A DNA stretch of 15,522 bases from Candidatus Eiseniibacteriota bacterium (GTDB taxonomy: Bacteria; Eisenbacteria; RBG-16-71-46; DASYSL01): assembly GCA_031431875.1 (NCBI GenBank), contig JANPEF010000096.1, positions 1 to 15,522 on the forward strand, given 5' to 3'. This document shows positions 1 through 10,066 of this stretch, one piece after another (the stretch's first letter is position 1; every line of letters begins with the position of its first letter). The translations under genes were made by a program, and so were the position numbers. The notes under the pieces were generated by a model. That model saw nothing but the letters and a program-made list of their open reading frames with translations. It ran no database searches and was not told the DNA's origin.

Positions 1-3
1 AAG

Positions 4-1071
4 GTGGGTGGCGGTGCACCGGTGGCCGTGCAGTCGATGACCACCACGATGACGTGGGACGTCGAGGCGACACTGGCACAGATCAGGAGCCTCGCCGATG
101 CCGGCTGCGAGATCGTGCGCGTCGCGGTGCCCGACGAGAAGTCAGCCGATGCGCTGCCGCTGATCGTCCAGGGTTCGCCGCTGCCGGTCGTCGCCGACAT
201 CCACTTCACGTGGAAGCTGGGCCTCAAGGCCATCGCCGCGGGCGTGCACAAGGTGCGCATCAATCCCGGCAACATCGGCGGCGAGTCACGCGTGCGCGAG
301 ATCGTCGCCGCGGCGAAGGATCGCGGCATCCCGATCCGCGTCGGGGCGAACGCCGGGTCGCTGCCCAGGGAGATCATCGCGAAGTACGGCGTCCATGATC
401 CCGAGGGCATCGTCGAGGCGGCGCTGATCCCGATCCGCATCCTCGAGGACGCGGGGTTCGAGGACATCGTGGTATCGATGAAGGCGTCGGACGTGGGCCT
501 CGCCGTCGCTTCGTACCGCCTTGCCTCGAAGCGCATCCCATATCCGCTGCACATCGGCATCACCGAGGCGGGCTCGACGCGGCGCGGCTCGATCAAGTCG
601 GCGGTCGGCCTCGGCATGCTGCTCGAGGACGGCATCGGCGACACGATGCGCGTCTCGCTCACCGCCGATCCGGTCGAGGAGATCGAGACGGCGTTCATGA
701 TCCTCTCGGCGGTCGGCTTGCGGCAGCGGGGGCCCGAGGTCATCTCGTGCCCGTCGTGCGGTCGCTGTGACATCGACCTGATCGACCTCGCCACCGCGGT
801 CGAGCAGCGCGTCGCCGCGCTGAACACGAAGATCCCGCTCAAGGTCGCGGTCATGGGCTGCGAGGTGAACGGTCCCGGCGAGGCCCGCGACGCCGACGTC
901 GGCATCGCGGGCGGGCTGCACGAGGGGCTGATCTTCAAGAAGGGCGAGATCCTCCGCAAGGTGAAGGAGGCCACGATCGTCGACGACCTGATGGTCGAGG
1001 TCGAGAAGGTCCTGCGCGAGAAGGAAGCCCAGGCACGGGAGGCCGGCGCGGACTCGCCGGAAGCGCGATGA
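4..1071 (+). CDS. ispG: (E)-4-hydroxy-3-methylbut-2-enyl-diphosphate synthase (IspG/GcpE); true start probably upstream of the window
   Basis: GGGAPVAVQSMT N-terminal motif, VADIHF, RINPGNIG, PIRVGANAGSL, YPLHIGITEAG, GIGDTMRVSLT; [4Fe-4S] ligands in CPSCGRC and VAVMGCEVNGPGEA. The frame is open to the window edge and IspG usually has additional N-terminal residues. Confidence 0.97.
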   Translation: MGGGAPVAVQSMTTTMTWDVEATLAQIRSLADAGCEIVRVAVPDEKSADALPLIVQGSPLPVVADIHFTWKLGLKAIAAGVHKVRINPGNIGGESRVREIVAAAKDRGIPIRVGANAGSLPREIIAKYGVHDPEGIVEAALIPIRILEDAGFEDIVVSMKASDVGLAVASYRLASKRIPYPLHIGITEAGSTRRGSIKSAVGLGMLLEDGIGDTMRVSLTADPVEEIETAFMILSAVGLRQRGPEVISCPSCGRCDIDLIDLATAVEQRVAALNTKIPLKVAVMGCEVNGPGEARDADVGIAGGLHEGLIFKKGEILRKVKEATIVDDLMVEVEKVLREKEAQAREAGADSPEAR

Positions 1072-1549
1072 GGATTTCGAGTCGCGGTCAGTACGGCATC
1101 CGCGCCCTCGTCGTGCTGGCGGGGCGTCACGGACGGGGCCCGACGCAGGTGCGGGAGATCGCGCGCGTCGAGGCCCTGTCGGCGAAGTACCTGGAACAGC
1201 TCCTCGGCCGCCTGCGCACCGGCGGCCTGGTGCGGAGCGTGCGCGGGGCGCGCGGTGGCTACGTGCTGGCGCGCGATCCCGGGGCGATCACGGTGCGCGA
1301 GGTGCTGCTCCTGCTCGAGGGCTCGCTCGCACCGGTCGGTTGTGTCGACGAGGGCGGCACGTGCGGCGATGCCGCGGGGAACGCCTGCGTGGCGCACCCG
1401 CTGTGGCGCGGACTGCACGTGACGGTTCTCGGTTACCTGGATTCGTTCACGCTGGCGGACCTGGTTTCGGCCGCGGCGCCCGTGGAGGCGGTCCGTCCGG
1501 CCGCCCCGGCACCGGCCGAGGATGAGCTCGTGACCGCAGCGACGAGGGG

Positions 1550-1553
<4 letters not shown>
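1068..1553 (+). CDS. Rrf2 family transcriptional regulator, IscR-like (predicted Fe-S binding)
   Basis: [14 protein letters not shown] start, YLEQLL recognition helix (E43), [14 protein letters not shown] wing, C92/C99/C107/H110 cluster. ATGA overlap with the ispG stop. Confidence 0.93.
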
Positions 1554-2505
<952 letters not shown>

Positions 2506-2512
<7 letters not shown>

Positions 2513-3168
2513 GCGGCGTGGGCCCCACACGAACGATCGGCGTCTTCGCGTTGCAGGGGGACTTCGCACGCCATGCCGAGGCGTGGCAGAATCTCGGCGT
2601 GCCGGTCCGCGAGGTGCGCCGTGCGACCGACCTCGAGGGACTGGCGGCGCTCTCATTGCCCGGCGGTGAGTCGACGACGATGCTGCGGCTGCTCGCGGTG
2701 ACCGGAATGCGCGACGCGTTCGGCGCCGCGCTGGCGCGGCTGCCGGTGTTCGCCACCTGCGCCGGTGCGATCCTGGTCGGTCGCGATGCCGAGCGCCTGC
2801 CCGCTCCTCCGTTCGGCCTGCTCGATGCAGGCATCGCACGCAACGCCTACGGGACGCAGCTCGACTCGTTCGAGGCCGTGCTCGACGCGCCCGTGCTGGG
2901 TGAAGGCGCCACCTTCCGTGGCGTGTTCATCCGCGCGCCGCGCTTCCTCAAGCTGGGGCCGGGCGTCGAGCCGATCGCCCGCCACGGCACCGAGGTGGTC
3001 GCGGTGCGGCAGGGAGCGATTGTCGCGTTCGCGTTCCACCCCGAGCTGACCGACGACCTGCGGTTTCACTCGTGGTTCCTCGACACGATCGTGGCGTCGC
3101 ATCCGCTCGCCGCCACGTCTGCGGCCCCGGCGTCCGTGTCGGCGGCGACGCGTCCGGTGGTGGCATGA
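2506..3168 (+). CDS. pdxT: Pyridoxal 5'-phosphate synthase glutaminase subunit PdxT
   Basis: [21 protein letters not shown] (nucleophile Cys), [23 protein letters not shown] (His-Glu of the triad); immediately follows pdxS. Confidence 0.96.
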
Positions 3169-4211
3169 GCGCGCCCGACTTCTCGGCTTTCGACACGCTG
3201 GTCGCCACGAAGCAGAACTTCGTGCTGACCACCCACGTGAACCCCGATGGGGACGGCCTGGGCTCCGAGGTCGCGCTCGCGCTGTGGCTCAAGGCGCTGG
3301 GCAAGAACGCGACGATCCTCAACGACGGGCGCATGCCCGACAACTTCGAGTACCTGGCCGAGCACGTGGCGGTCGAGACGTTCACGTCCGAGCGTGCCGA
3401 GGAGGTCTTCGCCGCCGCCGACGTGCTGGTCGTGCTCGACATGCAGAACGAGGAACGCCTGGGCCGCCTGCGCCCGTACATTGCGCGCCCCGGCCTCACC
3501 GTCGCGATCCTCGATCACCATGTCGGCATACCCGCGTTCGGGACGGTGCATGTGGTGCTGCCCGAGAAGGCCGCCACCGGCGAGCTGGTCTACGACCTGA
3601 TCCGGCGCACGCCGGGCGCCCTGACCCGCCCGATGGCCGACGCCTTGTACACCGCGCTGGTCACCGACACCGGGTCGTTCCGCCACTCCAACACGGATCC
3701 CGACGTGCACTCGATGGCGGCCGCGCTGCTCGCGCTCGGCGTCGAGTCGGCGATCATCCAGTCGTGGATCCATCGCCACAAGCACATGAATCGCCTGCGC
3801 TTCGTCGGCCACCTGCTGACCAACCTCAAGACCAGCGACGACGGCTCGGTCGCGTGGTTCGAGGTCACGCCCGAGCTGTTCGCCCGGTACGACGTCGACG
3901 GCACCGATACCGAGGGCCTGGTCGACTTCCCGCGCACCGTCCCCGGCGTCGAGGCGGTCATGCTGCTGACCGACCTGGGCGATGGCCGCGTCAAGGCGAG
4001 CCTGCGCTCGTCGGGACGAGTCGACGTACACGGGGTGGCGAAGACGTTCGGCGGCGGCGGACATCGCTTCGCCGCGGGCGCCACGCTCGAGGGACCACTC
4101 GAGGCTGCGAGTGTGCGCCTCAGGGCCACGCTGGCGGCGGCCGTGGCCGGGCTCGATCCGACGGTGCGCGCCTATGCGCCCGCGCCGGGCACGGCGGGGG
4201 CCGCGCGCTAG
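3165..4211 (+). CDS. nrnA: DHH/DHHA1 family phosphoesterase (bifunctional oligoribonuclease/pAp phosphatase NrnA-like)
   Basis: THVNPDGDGLGS, LDHH, TDTGSFRH and KASLRS...GGGGHRFAAGA DHHA1 motifs. Start reassigned to the ATG at 3165 (ATGA overlap with the pdxT stop). Confidence 0.9.
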   Translation: MSAPDFSAFDTLVATKQNFVLTTHVNPDGDGLGSEVALALWLKALGKNATILNDGRMPDNFEYLAEHVAVETFTSERAEEVFAAADVLVVLDMQNEERLGRLRPYIARPGLTVAILDHHVGIPAFGTVHVVLPEKAATGELVYDLIRRTPGALTRPMADALYTALVTDTGSFRHSNTDPDVHSMAAALLALGVESAIIQSWIHRHKHMNRLRFVGHLLTNLKTSDDGSVAWFEVTPELFARYDVDGTDTEGLVDFPRTVPGVEAVMLLTDLGDGRVKASLRSSGRVDVHGVAKTFGGGGHRFAAGATLEGPLEAASVRLRATLAAAVAGLDPTVRAYAPAPGTAGAAR

Positions 4212-4823
4212 GTGAAGATCGTCGCCGAGGGACTCGGCGTTCGCCTGTCGGGCCGCGTGGTGTTCGCGGACGTCGCGTTCACGTGGAGTGGGCCCGGCCT
4301 GGTCACGGTGACCGGGCGCAACGGTGCGGGGAAGACGACGCTGCTCAAGGTGATCGCGGCGCTCCTGCGGCCCGGGCGCGGGGCGCTGCGCTGGGAACTG
4401 AACGGGGTCGGCGCGCTGACGCCGGCCGAAGCGCGTCGCCGTCTCGGCTTCGCCGGGCCCGAGCTGGGACTGTGGGAGGAGTTGAGCGCGCTCGAGAACC
4501 TCGCGTTTGGCGCGCGTGCGCGCGGGCTCGCCTGGAGCGACGCCGACGGGACTGCGTGGCTCGACCGCCTGGGCCTCGGGGACCGTGGCGGCGAGCGCCT
4601 GGCGACGTACTCGTCGGGCATGAAGCAGCGCGTGAAGCTCGCCTTCGCGATGCTCGGCGAGCCGGCGCTGGTGCTGCTCGACGAGCCGGGATCGAACCTC
4701 GATGACGACGGTCGCGTCGCCGTCGCGACGCTGGTGCACGAGGTGGCCCAGCGCGCCCTGGTCGTCGTGGCGACCAACGACCCCGCGGAAGCTGCGTGGG
4801 GCACGAACGGGGTGGCGCTGTGA
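4212..4823 (+). CDS. ccmA: Heme exporter ABC ATP-binding protein CcmA
   Basis: Walker A GRNGAGKTT, signature YSSGMKQR, Walker B LLDEP; about 200 aa; directly upstream of ccmB and ccmC. GTG start abuts the preceding TAG. Confidence 0.88.
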   Translation: MKIVAEGLGVRLSGRVVFADVAFTWSGPGLVTVTGRNGAGKTTLLKVIAALLRPGRGALRWELNGVGALTPAEARRRLGFAGPELGLWEELSALENLAFGARARGLAWSDADGTAWLDRLGLGDRGGERLATYSSGMKQRVKLAFAMLGEPALVLLDEPGSNLDDDGRVAVATLVHEVAQRALVVVATNDPAEAAWGTNGVAL

Positions 4824-5524
4824 CTCCTGGATCGGCGGCGGGCGGGAGCGGTGGCGGAGGCGGCAGCCTGCTGGGCACGGCCTGGGCCGTGTTCGCCAAG
4901 GACGTGACGACCGAGCTGCGTTCGCGCTACGCGGTCGCCGCGACCGCCACGTTCGCGCTGGCCGCACTCGCCGTGGTGAGCTTCGCGGTCGGGCCGTTCG
5001 GCGGAAGGGCGGAGTTGCTGGCCGCGTTTCTGTGGACGGTGATCCTGTTCGCCGCGGCGGCGGGGCTGGCGCAGGCGTTCGTCCGCGAGGCCGAGCGGCG
5101 CACCTGGCTCACGCTGCGACTGGTGGCTGCTCCGGGCGCGATCCTGCTCGGCAAGTGGGGGGTCAACCTCGCGGTGCTGGCTTCGATCGAAGTGCTGGTC
5201 GTGCCGGCGTTCCTGGTGATGTTTGGCGTCGAGTTCCGCTCGCTGCCCGCGTTCCTCGCGATCCTCGTGCTCGCGAACCTGGGCCTGTCGGCGTCGCTCA
5301 CGCTGGTCTCGGCGCTGCTCGCCCAGGCGCGGGCGCACGGCGCACTGGTCTCGGCGCTGGCGTTCCCGCTGGTCGTGCCGGTGCTGATGGCAGCGATCGT
5401 CGGCACGCGGCGAGCGTTCACCGAGCCGGGCGCGTGGCCGCCCGAGTGGCGCGTGCTCGCGGCGTACGCGGGCGTGGTGGTCGGAATCGGAGTCCTGCTC
5501 GCCGAGCACGTGCTCGACGACTGA
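4820..5524 (+). CDS. ccmB: Heme exporter permease CcmB
   Basis: AVFAKDVTTELRSRYA N-terminal motif, FVREAE, LLGKW, LAFPLVVPVL; about 6 hydrophobic segments; lies between ccmA and ccmC. Likely GTG start at 4820 (GTGA overlap). Confidence 0.9.
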   Translation: MTPGSAAGGSGGGGGSLLGTAWAVFAKDVTTELRSRYAVAATATFALAALAVVSFAVGPFGGRAELLAAFLWTVILFAAAAGLAQAFVREAERRTWLTLRLVAAPGAILLGKWGVNLAVLASIEVLVVPAFLVMFGVEFRSLPAFLAILVLANLGLSASLTLVSALLAQARAHGALVSALAFPLVVPVLMAAIVGTRRAFTEPGAWPPEWRVLAAYAGVVVGIGVLLAEHVLDD

Positions 5525-5554
5525 GATCCGGTCTCTAGGGAGGGATCGCGCATC

Positions 5555-6232
5555 GTGTGGTGGCGCTGGGGACTGTTCCTCTGGATGGCGGTCGTGACCG
5601 TTGCGGCGTTCCTCTACGCGCCGCTGGCGAAGAAGCTGTACGAGCAGACCCGGATCATCTACTGGCACATCCCGGTCGCGTGGGTGACGCTCGTCGCCTT
5701 CCTCGTCGCCGGCTGGCAGTCGTGGCGCTACCTTGCCACCCGCGACCTCGCCGCCGATGCGCGCGCCGCGGTGGCGATGGAACTGGGACTCCTGTTCTGC
5801 GGGCTCGCCACCGTCTCGGGCGCGATCTTCTCGAAGGGGATGTGGGGCTCGTACTGGAACTGGGACCCACGCCAGACCAGCATCTTCTTCCTGCTGCTCG
5901 TCTATGCCGCCGCGCTGACCCTCCGTGCCGCGGTCGAGGAGCCTGCCCGGCGGGCGCGTCTGTCGGCGGTGTACGGGCTTTTTGCGGCCGCGGTCACGCC
6001 GTTGTTGCTCTTTGTCGTGCCGCGGCTGTTCTTTACCCTTCATCCGGACCCGATTGTGAACTCGGCGGGCAAGCTCGAGATGCATCCCCGCATGTTCCAG
6101 GTGTTCCTCGCTTCCCTGGCCGGCTTTACGGGGATCTTCTTCTGGGTCTATGCTCTCGACGTGAGGCTCCGGCTCCACCAATTGGCGCGTGAGGGCGCGT
6201 GGACCGGCTCCGGAAAGGATCGTGCGGCGTGA
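5555..6232 (+). CDS. ccmC: Heme exporter/cytochrome c biogenesis protein CcmC
   Basis: RIIYWHIPVAW (His ligand), WWD motif KGMWGSYWNWDPRQTS, LHP (second His); about 6 TM segments; AGGGAGG Shine-Dalgarno at 5537-5543. Confidence 0.94.
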   Translation: MWWRWGLFLWMAVVTVAAFLYAPLAKKLYEQTRIIYWHIPVAWVTLVAFLVAGWQSWRYLATRDLAADARAAVAMELGLLFCGLATVSGAIFSKGMWGSYWNWDPRQTSIFFLLLVYAAALTLRAAVEEPARRARLSAVYGLFAAAVTPLLLFVVPRLFFTLHPDPIVNSAGKLEMHPRMFQVFLASLAGFTGIFFWVYALDVRLRLHQLAREGAWTGSGKDRAA

Positions 6233-6372
6233 ACGAGGTTCTCGGCAGGACGATCGGCGATCGCATCGTCGCCGACTACGTGGTGATGGTCGTTGCCCTC
6301 GTGGTGTGGGGCGCCATCTTCCTCTACCTGATGCGATTGGACCGCAAGGTCCGGGAGCTCGACAAGCGATGA
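6229..6372 (+). CDS. ccmD: CcmD-like small membrane protein (47 aa), not in the ORF track
   Basis: Translated by hand: MNEVLGRTIGDRIVADYVVMVVALVVWGAIFLYLMRLDRKVRELDKR. Single TM helix followed by a charged YLxRLDRKVRELD tail. GTGA overlap with the ccmC stop and ATGA overlap with the ccmE start; canonical position between ccmC and ccmE. Confidence 0.88.
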   Translation: MNEVLGRTIGDRIVADYVVMVVALVVWGAIFLYLMRLDRKVRELDKR

Positions 6373-6773
6373 AGCCCAAACTGATCTTCGGTCTTCTCCT
6401 CGTCGCCGCGTCGATCGCCTTCGGCGTGACCTCGTTCCAGAAGTCGCTCACCCCGTATGTCCCGTTTGCCGAGGCGCGTCGCTCGGGCCTGTCCTCGCAG
6501 GTCAACGGAACGCTGTCGGATCCTTCGACGGTCAGGTACAACGTGGACAAGGCCGAACTGGTGTTCGCCCTGCAGGACGACAAGCACGAGGTGTTGGAAG
6601 TCGTCTACAAGGGCGTCAAGCCGGCGAACTTCGAGCAGGCGACGAGCGTCGTCGCGATCGGCACGTTCAAGGACGGCCGCTTCGAGGCGGACCAGTTGCT
6701 CGTCAAGTGCCCGTCGAAATACCAGGCCGAGGGCGGCGCCACCGCCGCACCCGCCGCAGTGGGAGGCTCCTAG
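6369..6773 (+). CDS. ccmE: Cytochrome c maturation heme chaperone CcmE (CxxxY variant)
   Basis: Start reassigned to the ATG at 6369 (MKPKLIFGLLLVAASIAFG membrane anchor); VVYKGVKPANFEQATSVVAIG and FEADQLLVKCPSKY motifs. Confidence 0.95.
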   Translation: MKPKLIFGLLLVAASIAFGVTSFQKSLTPYVPFAEARRSGLSSQVNGTLSDPSTVRYNVDKAELVFALQDDKHEVLEVVYKGVKPANFEQATSVVAIGTFKDGRFEADQLLVKCPSKYQAEGGATAAPAAVGGS

Positions 6774-6775
6774 GC

Positions 6776-9010
6776 ATGCACGGGGATCCGGTCAACTTCG
6801 GCATCATTCTCACCTGGGCGACGTTCGCCTGCACGCTGCTCGCCGCCGGCGCGTTCCTGTTCGAGGGTCGCGGCGACGCGCGCTTCGCGCGCCCGGCGCG
6901 CATCCTCTTCGCGCTGCAGGCGGTGGGGCTCCTCGCGTTGGGCGCGTGGCTCATGCGCCTGTTCGTCACGCACGACTTCCGCTACGGCTATGTCGCCAAC
7001 TACTCGGCGCGGAACATGGACTTCAAGTACGTGTTCGCCTCGTTCTGGGGCGGCCAGGAGGGGACGCTCCTCATGTGGGCGATCTTCTCCACCGTGCTCG
7101 CCGCCATGATGCTGCGGGTGCGCAACCGGATCGTCCCGACCGCGATGTTCTTCGCCCAGTGGGCCCCCATCTTCCTCCTCTTCATCCTCACCGCGCAGAG
7201 CCCGTTCCGGCTGCTCGCCGTTCCGGCCACCGATGGCGCGGGCCTCAACCCGCTGCTGCAGGACCCGTGGATGACGATCCACCCGCCGACGCTGTTCTTC
7301 GGCTACTCGTCGCTCATCATTCCGTTCGCGCTCGCCATGGCCACGCTGGTCCATCGCGACGAAAAGGCCTGGCTACGCCTGGCGCCGCCGTTCGTGCTGT
7401 TCTCGACCGTCGTGCTGGGGCTGGGCTTCTCCATGGGCGGGCTGTGGGCGTACAAGGTGCTGGGCTGGGGCGGGTTCTGGGGCTGGGACCCGGTCGAGAA
7501 CGCGTCGCTCGTGCCGTGGCTCTTCAACGTCGCGCTGCTGCACGGACTGCTCGTCCAGCGGGCCACCGGGGCGCTGGCGCGCACGACACTGTTCCTCGGG
7601 ATCACCTCGTACCTGTTCGTGCTCTACGGTTCATTCCTCACGCGCTCGGGCGTGCTGGCCGACTTCTCCGTGCACTCGTTCGTCGACCTGGGGCTGTCGG
7701 GTTACCTGCTCGCCTACCTCGGGTTCTTCACCATCACGGGATACGGGGCGTGGCTGCTGCGCTCAGGCGCGATGGCACATCCGAACGCCCAACTCGGCGG
7801 CGCCTCGCGCGAGTTTGCTCTGTGGCTCGGCATGCTCGTGTTCTGCCTGATCGCGCTGCTGACCATGGCCGGCACGTCGGCGCCGCTGATCTCCCGCCTG
7901 TTCGGGCCGCCAGGAAACGTGGCGGTCGAGTACTACGACAAGGTGAACTCGCCGCTCGGGCTGCTGGTCTGCCTGCTGGTCGCGATCGGGCCGCTGGCGC
8001 GCTGGCGGCAGGAGTCGCCGAGGGGCATTTTCCGCGCAGCCGCCCCGGCGCTCGCCGCGGGCGTGCTGGCCGCGGTCGGGGCCCGGCTCGCCGGCATGAC
8101 GGACCCGCTCGACATCCTGCTCGTCTTCGGCGCCGTCTTCGCGCTGGTGGCGAACCTGTCGGTGCTGCTCAAGGCATCGCGCCGCGGGCTTTCGTATGCG
8201 GCGGGGTACGTATCGCACTTCGGCTTCGCCGTGATGCTGCTGGGCGTGCTGGTCTACTCGACGTTCGGAAGGGACCAGCAGATCGCGTTGCCGCAAGGCC
8301 GCACGGTCGAGGCGCTGGGGATGAAGCTGCGCTACGACGGCATCCGCAAGCAGCCCGACGGCAAGGACCAGCTCGCGGTCTTCGTCGAGCACGGCGGCAA
8401 GCGCTACGAGGCGCGGCCCGTGATGTGGTACAGCGAGTTCAACCAGTCGACGATGCGCAATCCCCACGTCGAGCGGGCGTGGAACAACGACATCTACCTG
8501 GCGCCGATCGAACTCAAGCCGGCGGAGGGCGGCCTGCCCACGGTCACGCTGAAGAAGGGCGAGAGCGGCGAGGCCGGCGGCGTGCGGCTGACCTTCCGCG
8601 AGTTCAAGCGCGAGGGCCAGATGGGCGACCCGAACGGGTTCTCGATCGTCGCCCTGGTCGCCGTGGGCGACGGGCCCGATGCACCGGTGATCATGCCGAC
8701 GATCGCGGTCACGCCGTACGGCATGACGAAGGCGCCGGTCGACCTGCCGGGCGGCGGGGCGGCGACGCTGGTGAACGTCGATCCCAACGGGGGCACCGCC
8801 GAGATCGCGATCCAGACCGCGGGTGCAGTGCCGCCGGCCGACGTGCTCGCGGTCGAGTTGTCGACCAAGCCATTCATCGGCCTCGTCTGGCTGGGGATGG
8901 GAATCCTGTTGTTCGGCGCCGGTTTGGGCATTCGGCGTCGGCTCGCGCTGGGACAGCGCGAGGATGCCGTGACCACGGCGGCACCCGCGCGCGTCGCGGC
9001 GGCGCCATAA
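6776..9010 (+). CDS. ccmF: Cytochrome c-type biogenesis heme lyase CcmF
   Basis: FWGGQEGTLLMW, GLNPLLQDPWMTIHPP, WGGFWGWDPVENAS (WWD), LLHG, LTRSG, SVHSF and SHFGF His motifs, C-terminal KPFIGLVW. ATG at 6776 is preceded by GGGAGG at 6761-6766. Confidence 0.96.
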   Translation: MHGDPVNFGIILTWATFACTLLAAGAFLFEGRGDARFARPARILFALQAVGLLALGAWLMRLFVTHDFRYGYVANYSARNMDFKYVFASFWGGQEGTLLMWAIFSTVLAAMMLRVRNRIVPTAMFFAQWAPIFLLFILTAQSPFRLLAVPATDGAGLNPLLQDPWMTIHPPTLFFGYSSLIIPFALAMATLVHRDEKAWLRLAPPFVLFSTVVLGLGFSMGGLWAYKVLGWGGFWGWDPVENASLVPWLFNVALLHGLLVQRATGALARTTLFLGITSYLFVLYGSFLTRSGVLADFSVHSFVDLGLSGYLLAYLGFFTITGYGAWLLRSGAMAHPNAQLGGASREFALWLGMLVFCLIALLTMAGTSAPLISRLFGPPGNVAVEYYDKVNSPLGLLVCLLVAIGPLARWRQESPRGIFRAAAPALAAGVLAAVGARLAGMTDPLDILLVFGAVFALVANLSVLLKASRRGLSYAAGYVSHFGFAVMLLGVLVYSTFGRDQQIALPQGRTVEALGMKLRYDGIRKQPDGKDQLAVFVEHGGKRYEARPVMWYSEFNQSTMRNPHVERAWNNDIYLAPIELKPAEGGLPTVTLKKGESGEAGGVRLTFREFKREGQMGDPNGFSIVALVAVGDGPDAPVIMPTIAVTPYGMTKAPVDLPGGGAATLVNVDPNGGTAEIAIQTAGAVPPADVLAVELSTKPFIGLVWLGMGILLFGAGLGIRRRLALGQREDAVTTAAPARVAAAP

Positions 9011-9012
9011 TC

Positions 9013-9052
9013 CCAGGCGAAGCCTGGAGGGTGCATTCGACCTCTGGAGGTC
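9013..9052 (+). other. Two short intergenic inverted repeats (CCAGGC-GAA-GCCTGG; GACCTC-TG-GAGGTC)
   Basis: Read directly at 9013-9027 and 9039-9052. No U-tract follows, so this is not a classical intrinsic terminator. Confidence 0.5.
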
Positions 9053-9066
9053 CCGGGAGGTTGGTC

Positions 9067-10056
9067 GTGAAGATCAGTCTTGTCTTGCTGCGCGGCGCCT
9101 TGCTCGCCGGCGTGACCGTGGGAAGCCTCTTTGTCGCCGGCTTTGCCGGCGCCGAAGTACAGGCATCCTATCAACAGTTCACCTCGGTCAATCTCGGTGG
9201 TGATCGCGCGCCGGCCTGGTCACCCGACGGCGCGTCGGTCTTCTACTCGACGCGGGTGGGCGGATTTCCCTACATCTATCGCAAGGCCTCGAACGCGCCG
9301 ATGAACACGACCGGCACGCGCCTGACGTCATGGGAGATCGAGGAGTTCTCGGTCGCCACCTCGCCCGATGGCGGGTGGGTCGTGATGTCGGCGCAGGACA
9401 CGCTCGGCTTCTCGCGGCTGTGGCGGTGCCCGGCGACCGGCGGCAGTCCATTGACATCCATGACCCGCGGACCGTTCGACTACCTCGATCCGCACTGGTG
9501 GGGAACGGGGCCGTCGCAGGAGATCGTCTTCACGACGTCGCGCGGCGGGGTGGGCTACCAGATCTGGACGCTGAAGCCCAACGGCACACAGTCCGCGACG
9601 CAGTTCACCGAGGTCACCGGGCCGGGGTACACCGATCTCCAGCCGTGCTTCTCGCCCGACGGGAATCACATCGTGTTCTCTTCGGATCGCGGCGGGGGAC
9701 GGCAGTTGTTCGCCTGCACCCGCGCCGGGGATGCGTGGGGGACGCCGGTGCAACTGAGCGGCGGCGCGGGGAGCAAGTCGCAGCCGGCCTACTCGCCGAC
9801 CGGCCTGACCATCGCTTACCAGCAGGCGAGCGGCGGCACGTCGCTGTGGATCATGGACGCCACCGGGGCGAACCCGCGGCCCATCACCGACGGCTCGGGC
9901 AGCTACGACGGAGAGCCGTCGTGGTCGCCGTTGACCAGCCAGATGGCTTTCGTGTCGGATCGCTCGGGTGCCGGGTACATCTGGCTCGTGAACGACGTCT
10001 CGACCGCGGCCGAGAACTCGACGTGGGGACGCATCAAGGCGCAGTACCGCCAGTGA
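9067..10056 (+). CDS. Secreted TolB-like/PD40-repeat beta-propeller protein with C-terminal TWGxIK motif
   Basis: GTG start after GGGAGG (9055-9060); signal-peptide-like [29 protein letters not shown]; repeats [25 protein letters not shown]...VFSSDR, PAYSPTG, PSWSP...AFVSDRSG; ends [12 protein letters not shown]. Confidence 0.85.
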   Translation: MKISLVLLRGALLAGVTVGSLFVAGFAGAEVQASYQQFTSVNLGGDRAPAWSPDGASVFYSTRVGGFPYIYRKASNAPMNTTGTRLTSWEIEEFSVATSPDGGWVVMSAQDTLGFSRLWRCPATGGSPLTSMTRGPFDYLDPHWWGTGPSQEIVFTTSRGGVGYQIWTLKPNGTQSATQFTEVTGPGYTDLQPCFSPDGNHIVFSSDRGGGRQLFACTRAGDAWGTPVQLSGGAGSKSQPAYSPTGLTIAYQQASGGTSLWIMDATGANPRPITDGSGSYDGEPSWSPLTSQMAFVSDRSGAGYIWLVNDVSTAAENSTWGRIKAQYRQ

Positions 10057-10066
10057 AAGGGCGCGC

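Noticed and set aside
4826..4870. GSAAGGSGGGGGS at the CcmB N-terminus resembles a synthetic Gly-Ser linker
   Set aside because: Codons are mixed, there is no vector or tag context, and similar low-complexity tails occur on many genes here; most likely a natural extension.
5525..5547. GATCC...GGATC inverted repeat around the ccmC Shine-Dalgarno
   Set aside because: A 5-bp arm is easily obtained by chance; there is no further support.
3066..6583. Long minus-strand ORFs (633 aa and 791 aa) and other overlapping alternative-frame ORFs
   Set aside because: They overlap well-supported + strand genes and have low-complexity Arg/Pro/Ala composition with no family motifs.
9013..9030. Hairpin after ccmF as a rho-independent terminator
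   Set aside because: Only a 6-bp stem and no U-tract.
6457..10056. 1199-aa + strand ORF suggesting a giant fusion protein
   Set aside because: The first 870 codons are an Arg/Ala/Gly-rich off-frame read-through of ccmE/ccmF; only the part from the GTG at 9067 (with SD and signal peptide) is protein-like.
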